The translations under genes were made by a program, and so were the position numbers. Shown here one piece after another: positions 54,567 to 62,226 of a DNA stretch of 64,000 nt (its first letter is position 1; every line of letters begins with the position of its first letter). The notes below the pieces were generated by a model. It worked only from the letters and a program-made list of their open reading frames with translations, was not told where the DNA came from and made no database searches. Source of the DNA: a virus; IMG/VR virus record IMGVR_UViG_3300035152_000026, positions 22,002 to 86,001 of that record, one strand, 5' to 3'.

Positions 54567-54890
54567 ATGTTCGGAATGGCAAACCTGCGACCGGAGCACA
54601 CAGGAGTCCCGGTCATTCTGCACGCGCTCAAAGACGTCGAGCACCGCGCCAGGCACGCGCCGCGGGTCAAGGCGTTCCCGGGGAGGCCCCACGAGGGACA
54701 CGCAACGATTATCGCGATCCCAACTCACGACGAGGACTACGCCAAAGTCGTGGGCAGCGCGACGATCCGCGGCGCCGCACTCCGCCGGGCGCTGGAGTTT
54801 GTCGATCTGAATTGGGAGGCGCTGCTTCTCTACTGGTATGAGCCAGAGTTTGGCGAGGCGGAGCTACGCAATCGACTTGAGGAGGTCTGA
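54567..54890 (+). CDS. DUF4160-like divergent paralog
   Basis: MANLRPEHTG...HAPRVKAFPG...RRALEFVDLNWEALLLYW. Confidence 0.45.
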   Translation: MFGMANLRPEHTGVPVILHALKDVEHRARHAPRVKAFPGRPHEGHATIIAIPTHDEDYAKVVGSATIRGAALRRALEFVDLNWEALLLYWYEPEFGEAELRNRLEEV

Positions 54891-54891
54891 G

Positions 54892-55389
54892 ATGCCGATG
54901 GGAGAAGGCTTCTGGATTCATTCGCGGAGCGGGCGCTGGGAGCCCGTCTACGAGCACCTGGACGCGATCCTCGAAGATCCGTCAACGTATGGCTTGTCCG
55001 AAATCCAGGTCAGGATGAAGCGTGGTGAGAGCGCTGAGGACCGCCGCGAGCGAGTGCTGGTCGCCGCGATGAAGAAAGGCTGGATCCGTGCCCGGAGCCA
55101 CCGAGGCTACACGGTGTTCGAGTACTGGACACTCAACCGAAGAATCGCAGACGCGATTTTTGACTTCATCGTTGAGGTGCTCGGTGCGGGGCCTGCGGCA
55201 AGCTACCAGCTCAACGAGATCCGCAGTGGACGTGGTTTCAGCGTCAACGCGCGGGACTTCTACGATCAAGTCGAGGCACAGCTCGCAGGCGCGTGCGCTG
55301 ATCCCGAAGATGCTGGTGGTGAGACGCTCTATCTGCTAGGGTGCGCCATGGGTCAGGGCCGCTGCGCTGACCACCACCCCGAGGGGTAA
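54892..55389 (+). CDS. hypothetical protein
   Basis: SD ggagg. 165 aa. The stop lies inside a CCCCGAGGGG motif. Confidence 0.5.
   Translation: MPMGEGFWIHSRSGRWEPVYEHLDAILEDPSTYGLSEIQVRMKRGESAEDRRERVLVAAMKKGWIRARSHRGYTVFEYWTLNRRIADAIFDFIVEVLGAGPAASYQLNEIRSGRGFSVNARDFYDQVEAQLAGACADPEDAGGETLYLLGCAMGQGRCADHHPEG
55375..55388 (+). promoter_or_regulatory. CACCCC-GA-GGGGTA motif (no start codon follows)
   Basis: Overlaps the stop of 54892..55389. First of two motifs flanking a 54-bp segment in a noncoding region. Confidence 0.4.
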
Positions 55390-55438
55390 ATCGCAAAAGG
55401 ACTTGAATACACGTGCAGTCAAGCCGTCTTTACCTGTG

Positions 55439-55451
55439 TGCCCCGAGGGGC
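55439..55451 (+). promoter_or_regulatory. TGCCCC-GA-GGGGC motif (no start codon follows)
   Basis: Second motif of the pair in noncoding region 55390-55672. Confidence 0.4.
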
Positions 55452-55672
55452 TTTGAGGATTTCTGGAGAGGAGCGACCAGTAGTGTTCAACCGCCTGGCG
55501 GCTGCGGGAAGGGAGGAACGGTGCTGACCACACCGGGGTGCCTGGAACGCCACGGATTGGTCATTCGTGAGCCTGTAGCTTGTGAGTTTCCTACAGGCGA
55601 GGACGGGTTCGATTCCCCGAAACGTTAGTCCGGCGCTGGTCGCTCTTCTTCACTTTGCTAAAGGAAATGATC

Positions 55673-55831
55673 ATGGCACGCGCACGCATCAAAACCGAAA
55701 TGACCGGAACCGGCGGTAGCCGCCGCACCACCCGCCACAAAGCAAAAACAGGCGCACGCAAGCTCCGCCGCGCAAACGACAAGGCAGCTTGCGCAGACGA
55801 CAACGGCGACGACGACGGATCTGCTGCGTAA
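55673..55831 (+). CDS. small basic protein (52 aa)
   Basis: SD aaagga. Arg/Lys-rich. Confidence 0.3.
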   Translation: MARARIKTEMTGTGGSRRTTRHKAKTGARKLRRANDKAACADDNGDDDGSAA

Positions 55832-55852
55832 TACCGCGTCAGGGGGGATGCA

Positions 55853-56209
55853 ATGGACGTGCTCGTGAACAGCTTCGTGTACCGCTCTGGGCTCTCCTGG
55901 GAAGAGGCGAACCGAGAAGCGTCTCGCCTACTTCAGCACGCCTGCCGAGCGTTCGTAGTAGTAGTACGACCCACCGACCATTCCCGCCATCCCTACTCTG
56001 GCTATTCCCACCACCCCTACTCCGACGTTGGACACTTCAACCCAGTGTTCGAGAACACGGTTACCGGTGAGCTGGCGGAAGTGTTACTCGTCGATGATCC
56101 GCACGTGGAGATCCATTTGCTCACAAGCGAACACGAATGCGAGCGCGAGCGCGAGCGCGAGCGTATACCGATCTCGGTCTTCAATCGCACTTATGTGCCG
56201 TGCAAGTAG
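55853..56209 (+). CDS. hypothetical protein with ERERER tract
   Basis: SD gggggatgca. 118 aa. Confidence 0.45.
   Translation: MDVLVNSFVYRSGLSWEEANREASRLLQHACRAFVVVVRPTDHSRHPYSGYSHHPYSDVGHFNPVFENTVTGELAEVLLVDDPHVEIHLLTSEHECERERERERIPISVFNRTYVPCK
56139..56162 (+). repeat. (GCGAGC)x4 microsatellite
   Basis: Encodes ERERERER in CDS 55853..56209. Confidence 0.7.
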
Positions 56210-56372
56210 ACGATGCAACTCTGCTACTTCTATCGTATGACGAGCTAGGGCTCGTATGGGATGCCTTGATGATACGGTACTCGATGTTGGACGTCGGCGA
56301 CCCGGAATACGTAGACGTGAAACGGCTCCTGGAACGCGTCGGCGACCTGCTAGCTGCACGGTTTAGAGCACT

Positions 56373-56603
56373 ATGAAACGCGTCTACAAACAAGGCTACG
56401 CGGTCAAGCGCGACAACTCGCCGATTTGGGTACTCCATCTTCACTCAGGTCAGATCGTCGGAACGTGTCGGCGGGCTGGCAAGAAGTACGGTCATCGCTG
56501 GCGCGTCTCGCCGTACGATCCACAGCCTGCACATCGGCTCTTTGCTGACACGCTGGGCGACGCCATCGAAACAGCCGCGAAGTGGTGGTGTGGTGTAGAA
56601 TGA
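56373..56603 (+). CDS. hypothetical protein
   Basis: ATGA overlap. Confidence 0.4.
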   Translation: MKRVYKQGYAVKRDNSPIWVLHLHSGQIVGTCRRAGKKYGHRWRVSPYDPQPAHRLFADTLGDAIETAAKWWCGVE

Positions 56604-56866
56604 GCCGACGGTTGGCAACCATCGCCCGCGAGATCAACGAGCACTGCTCGGGGATCACAGCCAAGATCGTGCAAGGTTACTGCGACACTGACCGCAAGAT
56701 CGGCCGGCTGCGCGTACCGGGAAAAGGGCGCTACGGCAATCGCATTATCATTCACGACGACGCGACCGGCCGCGTGTTGTTTGACCATAACGCGGCGGAG
56801 ACGTACCGCTGCAATGCCGAGGTCGAGTACTGGCTCGCGGACTGGAAGCGCAGGAAAGGCCGATGA
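56600..56866 (+). CDS. hypothetical protein
   Basis: ATGA overlap. The 3' end lies in a 28-bp tandem repeat. Confidence 0.4.
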   Translation: MSRRLATIAREINEHCSGITAKIVQGYCDTDRKIGRLRVPGKGRYGNRIIIHDDATGRVLFDHNAAETYRCNAEVEYWLADWKRRKGR

Positions 56867-56924
56867 GCTACGGAAGCGCAGGAAAGGCCGATGAGCTACG
56901 GAAGCGCAGGAAAGGCCGATGAGC
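56845..56924 (+). repeat. 28-bp tandem repeat, 2.9 copies (GAAGCGCAGGAAAGGCCGATGAGCTACG)
   Basis: Exact copies at 56845-56872 and 56873-56900, partial copy at 56901-56924. Spans the stop of 56600..56866 and the start of 56919..57473. Confidence 0.8.
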
Positions 56925-57473
56925 TACTGTCGCTGGGGAGCGCACTCTGACGTGTACGTGTTCGGCACGCTTGATAACAGGCTCGAATGTTGTAACTGCG
57001 GCCTGGTAGCAGATTTCGATGATTTCTGTGCGGCGACCGCCGCTGAGATGATCACACATCTCGAAGAGCATGTTGCACGCGGCGACAAGGTACTCCATTA
57101 CGCGTTCGAGCGTCTACGTATCGAGGCACGTGCTGAGACACTGCTTGCAGCTGGCTACGTTCGGCAGGAGTCTCGCTGGCAGCTACCGCGACAGCTCGGG
57201 TTGGCACGCGTAGCATGCACTCATGCGGTCAGCCGCGGTGTGTACCCGGACGACCCTGACGAGTATCCGGCTGACTATCACTACGTCGGCTGCCCCGAGC
57301 AATGGGTGCTGGCATGGGCGGAGCGAATCGCACAGCAGCCGGCACCCATCGACGAGCGCCGACGAATGCTGCGGTTGGCCGTCTCGGACCGAGATCGCCA
57401 GGATGCGTTGCTGGCAGCGCTGCGAATCGGCCACGCCCCAAACCACGTGATCATGAACCTACTTGCAGTCTAA
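56919..57473 (+). CDS. Cys-rich hypothetical protein
   Basis: The start lies in the last copy of the 28-bp tandem repeat. Confidence 0.5.
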   Translation: MSYCRWGAHSDVYVFGTLDNRLECCNCGLVADFDDFCAATAAEMITHLEEHVARGDKVLHYAFERLRIEARAETLLAAGYVRQESRWQLPRQLGLARVACTHAVSRGVYPDDPDEYPADYHYVGCPEQWVLAWAERIAQQPAPIDERRRMLRLAVSDRDRQDALLAALRIGHAPNHVIMNLLAV

Positions 57474-57560
57474 CAGTCTAACTACTCAAAACAGCACGGG
57501 TTTATTTTTGATCGCAGCTGCGAATATCTGGCACGTCCACACGTCTGACTTTATGAGGAC

Positions 57561-57573
57561 GGCCCCGAGGGGC
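57561..57573 (+). promoter_or_regulatory. GGCCCC-GA-GGGGC start-proximal motif
   Basis: 19 nt upstream of ATG 57593. Confidence 0.5.
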
Positions 57574-57592
57574 AAACGGAGACAAGAAGACA

Positions 57593-57817
57593 ATGACGAC
57601 TGAGCGATTCAAGACTGTGGCCGCGAGCGCCCACTTCCAGCACGGCATAACTACCGACAGCTGGGCCGACGCTCTGGCCTACGCCCGCACTCACCAGGGC
57701 ACCTACTGCGTCGTGGTCGAGGACTGCGACTCCAAGCAGGTGCTCTACCTGCGGCACTGTGCGGACTGCGCGTGCTGTAACCCGGCTCCCGAAGTCTGCG
57801 CCGAGCTGGGGCTCTAG
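57593..57817 (+). CDS. Cys-rich small protein
   Basis: GGCCCCGAGGGGC motif 19 nt upstream. Confidence 0.4.
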   Translation: MTTERFKTVAASAHFQHGITTDSWADALAYARTHQGTYCVVVEDCDSKQVLYLRHCADCACCNPAPEVCAELGL

Positions 57818-57887
57818 GTCACCTACGAGATGGACGCGCTCGATACGTACTCCTCACGTTCACGGCTTCGTAGCCGTTAGGTAGACC

Positions 57888-58280
57888 ATGAGCCCCACCA
57901 AACCACAACGCGTAGACGACGCTACGACCTACTGGACAGACGTCTGGGCAATAGTTGCTGGTTTCATGGCGCTTTGCTGCGCCGAGGGGCTAGCGTGTGA
58001 GCTGACAAAGAAGAAGCACTCTCACTCTCCCCGGTCTCTCGTTGCGAGGCGTCTATCTGCGCTTCACCAGCGCGCACTATTGTTGGCTGCGAAGCGTCTG
58101 GGGAGCCAGGGGACCCTCCTAAATGGGTATCCCTGCGACCGCCGCTTGTGTGACTGGTGGGGGCCTGTGAACGGGGCAACAGTAGGTTGTTGTGATGCCT
58201 GCTGCAAAAAGTATGTGAGCCCCGTAATCGCCGCGCGCGAGGCACGGGCACGCAAAGTGCGGATCAATTGGAGTCGCTGA
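57888..58280 (+). CDS. Cys-rich hypothetical protein
   Basis: 130 aa. Confidence 0.4.
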   Translation: MSPTKPQRVDDATTYWTDVWAIVAGFMALCCAEGLACELTKKKHSHSPRSLVARRLSALHQRALLLAAKRLGSQGTLLNGYPCDRRLCDWWGPVNGATVGCCDACCKKYVSPVIAAREARARKVRINWSR

Positions 58281-58293
58281 CGTCAGTCAGCAT

Positions 58294-58306
58294 GGCCCCG
58301 AGGGGC
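58294..58306 (+). promoter_or_regulatory. GGCCCC-GA-GGGGC start-proximal motif
   Basis: 15 nt upstream of ATG 58322 (GHKL ATPase). Confidence 0.5.
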
Positions 58307-58321
58307 GAACGGAGGACCAAA

Positions 58322-59644
58322 ATGAGGATCGAGACCACTATCGAGGAGCCGTACGTCGATCATTGGGGCGCCATCGAAGGCATCCGCGAGATCGTCCAGA
58401 ACGGCAAAGACGCCGAGACCGAATTCGGCGCCAAGCTCGTTGTGCGTTGGAGAAACAACGTGCTGCGCGTCGAGAACAACGGCGCTACGCTCGACAAGAG
58501 CGCTATCCTGATGGGCCGCACCTCGAAGCGCAGCCGCGCCGATATGATCGGCAAGTGGGGCGAGGGCCTGCCTGTCGGCTGCCTCGCGCTCGTCCGTGCA
58601 GGCTACGAGGTCCGCATCCGCACCGGCGCTGAGGTCTGGATTCCGCGCGTCGAGGAGTCGAACAAGTTCGATGGCGCCCGCGTACTGGTTTTCGAGATCC
58701 TCAAACGCAAGCACCGCGACCGTGTGTGCGTCGAGATCCGCGGCGTGGACAAAGCGGAGTGGGCGACCATCCGCTCGCGTTTCCTCTTCCTGGCCCGGCC
58801 GAGGCCAAACGAGATCATCGAGACGGACTACGGCGACCTGTTGCTCGCTTCACGCTATCGCGGCGATCTGTTCATCAAGGGCATCTTCGTCCAGCACGAC
58901 GATACGTTGACTCACGGCTACAACTATCGCAACGCGGACTATGACCGCGACCGGCGCATGGTGGAAGATTTCGATAAGCGGAGCAACAACCGCCACATCT
59001 GGGAAGAGGCTGTTGCGCGCCGCCCGGACCTATTCCGTACCTACTACGATCTTCTTACCGCAGGCGCACGCGACCTCGATGGCGTAACTCAGTACAGCGT
59101 CCCGTATATGCAGGACGCTGCCCTCGACGGCGTTGCCGAGGCGTTCATCGCGCAACACGGCGAGAAAGCCGTCCCCTGCGAAAACCTTGGCGAGTGTCAG
59201 GACCTGGAACATCTCGGTCGAATGGGCGTCATCGCGCCCGAATCACTGCGCGCAATCGTCGCGCACAAGATCGGATCCGTGGAGACGGTGAAGGCTGCGC
59301 TGGCAAAAGAGGTCGTCAGGAAATACTCGTGGCATGAGCTGGACGCCACTGAGCGCGCGCACCTGACCGCTGCCATCGAGTTGGTAGCAGCCGCAACTGA
59401 GTGCGCCCTCGCGGATGTGGACGTCGTGGACTTCCGCTCTGAGACCCTGCAAGGTCAATACAAGGACGGTCGCTTCGCTATCGCAAAGCGGGACCTCGCA
59501 GACCGTGATCTGACGCTCGAAATCCTCGTGCATGAGGTCGCCCACCGTGCTGGCAGTGACGGCGAGAAATCACACGTGGCGACCATCGAGAACATCTGGT
59601 CCAAGATCGTCGCAGCGCTCCGCAACCAACTGCCGAAGCCATGA
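58322..59644 (+). CDS. GHKL-family (HATPase_c-like) ATPase with C-terminal HExxH segment
   Basis: N-box EIVQNGKDA, G1-like NNGATLD, G2-like IGKWGEGL. Later ILVHEVAHRAG. GGCCCCGAGGGGC motif plus ggagga SD. Confidence 0.6.
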   Translation: MRIETTIEEPYVDHWGAIEGIREIVQNGKDAETEFGAKLVVRWRNNVLRVENNGATLDKSAILMGRTSKRSRADMIGKWGEGLPVGCLALVRAGYEVRIRTGAEVWIPRVEESNKFDGARVLVFEILKRKHRDRVCVEIRGVDKAEWATIRSRFLFLARPRPNEIIETDYGDLLLASRYRGDLFIKGIFVQHDDTLTHGYNYRNADYDRDRRMVEDFDKRSNNRHIWEEAVARRPDLFRTYYDLLTAGARDLDGVTQYSVPYMQDAALDGVAEAFIAQHGEKAVPCENLGECQDLEHLGRMGVIAPESLRAIVAHKIGSVETVKAALAKEVVRKYSWHELDATERAHLTAAIELVAAATECALADVDVVDFRSETLQGQYKDGRFAIAKRDLADRDLTLEILVHEVAHRAGSDGEKSHVATIENIWSKIVAALRNQLPKP

Positions 59645-59952
59645 GCCGACCACCGACCACTGCTTACCTTCTCCATGTAGACGAGCACCCGAGTCATTGG
59701 GTCGCGTTCGTACCGTTCTGCACGAACCCCAACAATCGCCGGCAGTGGCTTTGGATGCGCACCGAGGCTTGCGCGCTGCTCGTTGCGTGCCCGAATTGTG
59801 GATCTACGCCAGGCATGTTGTGTCGCAGCGCTCGGGGATCTCCCTGGGGCTCAACACACAGCGCCCACCGCGACGCTTTCCGTAAGATGGTCAAGGACGA
59901 CATCACGACCGTGCGAGCGTTGGCCTTCAAATTCAAGGTGGAAGGCGTCTGA
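59641..59952 (+). CDS. zinc-finger small protein
   Basis: ATGA overlap. CPNCG...C. Confidence 0.45.
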   Translation: MSRPPTTAYLLHVDEHPSHWVAFVPFCTNPNNRRQWLWMRTEACALLVACPNCGSTPGMLCRSARGSPWGSTHSAHRDAFRKMVKDDITTVRALAFKFKVEGV

Positions 59953-60047
59953 GAACCCATGTTGGCATCTGTCACACGCGCCTGCTATAGTAGGCGTCCA
60001 CTCGGGCCGGAGGCCACAGAAACTACCAGCTCGACGAGGCAAAATCT

Positions 60048-60704
60048 ATGCGCTACAAACGAGGCGAGAGCGAAGAACCAGGGCTGCGTGAACGACGCGT
60101 ATCGAGGACGACAGGAACGACCGTTTCGATCTACGACGCCGACGAGCTGGATGCCCAACAACTAGCCCGCTGGAGGGGACAAGCACCCAAACACCGCTGG
60201 ATCGTCTGCTGCGAAGATCACTGCACCGTAGGCAGCGTCCCAACGCTTGCCGAGGCGCGCGCATTGCTATCCAGCTGCGGTTGGTGCTACGACTGTCGGC
60301 TCACCATGTTCGGCGCTGAGCTGCCTTGTGATGCTTGTGGCCGTCCCGTAGTGTGGTGCACGGAAGACGACATCACGCTCTGTGACGTCTACGATGTACA
60401 CGATACGGCGTTGCTCGACGACGACGACGCACTGGTTGGCCTGCGTGTCGGTCACGCAATCTACTGCGATATGTGTGCTCCGCTGGCAATCCATGACCGG
60501 TGCCAAAACTGTGCGCGCGGCCCCGAGGCAATCACTCCGCAAGGTCCCGTACCGGTCCCGGTCCTGACAACGAGGTCTGAGCTTCCTGCGCTGTCCGCAG
60601 CAGGCCCCATCGAAGTGATAGACCTCGTACAAGCGCCAGTGCAGCCCGGAAGCTGGGCTGCGGTACTCCGTGCGGGGCTACAACATCGCAGAGGACGCAA
60701 CTGA
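60048..60704 (+). CDS. multi-zinc-finger hypothetical protein
   Basis: 218 aa with about 16 Cys in CxxC pairs. Confidence 0.5.
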   Translation: MRYKRGESEEPGLRERRVSRTTGTTVSIYDADELDAQQLARWRGQAPKHRWIVCCEDHCTVGSVPTLAEARALLSSCGWCYDCRLTMFGAELPCDACGRPVVWCTEDDITLCDVYDVHDTALLDDDDALVGLRVGHAIYCDMCAPLAIHDRCQNCARGPEAITPQGPVPVPVLTTRSELPALSAAGPIEVIDLVQAPVQPGSWAAVLRAGLQHRRGRN

Positions 60705-60747
60705 ACTGATTTCGATGGATAGCGAAGGCTCCGAGGAGCAGCGCATT

Positions 60748-61017
60748 ATGAACAACAACAAGCTGAGACCAACTGTCGAGGACGCTCACGCCGCTTCCAG
60801 GTGGGGATTTGCTAACACATTCACTGCTCGCTCGGTCGCCTTAGCGGTAGCGCAACGGCTCGGCCCCGATGACCGTGAAGGCGCTTGGTGGTACGCAAAG
60901 GTTCGGGTGTGTGCGCGAAATGCCCTTGAAGAGTGGCTACGTGAAAAAGTAATCGAGGCGGCCCCCCGATCAGGACAACCGACCGAATATCGATTCGTGA
61001 AGAAGGAGAGAACATGA
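60748..61017 (+). CDS. hypothetical protein
   Basis: SD aggagcag. Confidence 0.4.
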   Translation: MNNNKLRPTVEDAHAASRWGFANTFTARSVALAVAQRLGPDDREGAWWYAKVRVCARNALEEWLREKVIEAAPRSGQPTEYRFVKKERT

Positions 61018-61838
61018 GGGCAATCGTATTGGCTGAGATCAACAGTGACGGCACGCAAGGTGAGGTGCACACCTGCCGCGGCAGTGTGATCAAGATTGGA
61101 AAAATGAAACGCTCGGGGTTGAAGCTCAACCATCCTTCAGTCAGTCGGATGCACGCGGTGTTCGAGTGCGAGCCTGGAGGCATTGTCCACCTAGTCGATC
61201 TGGGTAGCGTGCAAGGTACGTTCATCAACGAGAAGCAGATCAACAAAGCAGCCGTCAAAGTCGGCGACACGGTTCGTTTTGGTGACGTGATGCTCGCGGT
61301 TCGTGAGATTACGGACGAGGATGACACAGATGAAGCTGAAGCTGAAGCTGAAGCTGAAGCTGAAGCTGAAGCTGAAGCTGAAGCTGGTACCGCAGATGCA
61401 GCCTCTACAGGGCTCAGCGATCTCGCGGCCCGTATTGATCGGCTCAAACGTATCCGCAACATATACAGTGCAGGAGCTGCGCAGAGCAGCGCCGAGGTAC
61501 CGAGCATAGGAAAGCTGGCCAGTACTGCCATCGTCCACAGCGTACTCGACGCCAACGCGCCAAAACAAATCGCTGACGTGATCAACGATGTCTGTGACAA
61601 CGTTGCCGAGCTGCGCAAAATCGCGTCCGCTGACCGTGTTACGCAAGCGCTGGACGGTCTCATCCAAGACTGGGCGCCTGTGTTGCAGGTCATCGGTAAG
61701 TACAGGGAGGCGAACGTCGAACGTACTGCGTTGTTCCGTGCCGGCTTGATCAAGAAGCTCAAGGACGAATTCGATCTGAGCGAGGCCAACGCAGTGGAGA
61801 TCGTTCAATCAGCGTCGGAAACGTCCAACCTGACTTGA
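61014..61838 (+). CDS. FHA-domain protein with (EA)n linker
   Basis: N-terminal FHA signature (GSVIKIGK...VSRMHAVFE...LVDLGSVQGTFIN). Then (EA)x13 encoded by a GAAGCT tandem repeat. Confidence 0.7.
   Translation: MRAIVLAEINSDGTQGEVHTCRGSVIKIGKMKRSGLKLNHPSVSRMHAVFECEPGGIVHLVDLGSVQGTFINEKQINKAAVKVGDTVRFGDVMLAVREITDEDDTDEAEAEAEAEAEAEAEAEAGTADAASTGLSDLAARIDRLKRIRNIYSAGAAQSSAEVPSIGKLASTAIVHSVLDANAPKQIADVINDVCDNVAELRKIASADRVTQALDGLIQDWAPVLQVIGKYREANVERTALFRAGLIKKLKDEFDLSEANAVEIVQSASETSNLT
61332..61386 (+). repeat. (GAAGCT)n hexanucleotide microsatellite, about 9 copies
   Basis: Encodes the (EA)n linker in the FHA-domain protein. Confidence 0.85.
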
Positions 61839-61883
61839 GGAGAGATAGCGAAGACGCTATCGATGAGGAGGAGGAAAACGCTG

Positions 61884-62192
61884 ATGACAGATGATCCCGC
61901 ACACGAATACACGGTTCCTGGCGGTGCTGCGGCAGCCCTCTCGACAATGCGCCCTGAGATGGCCCGTATCGTGGCCACACAGCTTCGTGAGGGCATCCTG
62001 CAACCGCTGTCGCCAGAAGAGCAAGCTGGCCTTCTCGACCTGGTAGCTGACCTCATTCAGCGTGTCAGCGATGACCAGGATCAACTCCGCGATATTCTAC
62101 TCACGGTGCGTGGAATCCGCGAATACGGTAAAGGCCTACAAGGCATGTCGGAGAAGATCATTGCAGCTCTAGCTGCTTGCAACGTTGGTTGA
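61884..62192 (+). CDS. hypothetical protein
   Basis: SD gaggagg. 102 aa. Confidence 0.45.
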   Translation: MTDDPAHEYTVPGGAAAALSTMRPEMARIVATQLREGILQPLSPEEQAGLLDLVADLIQRVSDDQDQLRDILLTVRGIREYGKGLQGMSEKIIAALAACNVG

Positions 62193-62196
62193 ATGG

Positions 62197-62210
62197 GGCT
62201 CCGAGGAGCC
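62197..62210 (+). promoter_or_regulatory. GGCTCC-GA-GGAGCC variant motif upstream of the Cas12-like gene
   Basis: Perfect 6-2-6 inverted repeat with the same GA centre, 16 nt upstream of ATG 62227. Confidence 0.4.
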
Positions 62211-62226
62211 AAGCAAAGGAGCATGT

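Noticed and set aside
55447-55480. tmRNA 5' end (GGGGCUUUGAGGAUUUCUGG resembles GGGGCUGAUUCUGGAUUCGAC)
   Set aside because: There is no complementary 3' acceptor strand. The region is far too short for a tmRNA, and no tag-peptide reading frame is visible.
55590-55630. Canonical tRNA gene suggested by GGTTCGATTCC
   Set aside because: The putative T-stem (ACGGG / CCCCG) forms only 3 base pairs. No matching acceptor, D or anticodon arms could be assembled by eye. Kept only as a tRNA-like fragment hypothesis.
56197-56376. 58-aa GTG-initiated ORF (VQVDDATLLLL...)
   Set aside because: It overlaps the end of the upstream gene, has no SD and is below size thresholds. Not called.
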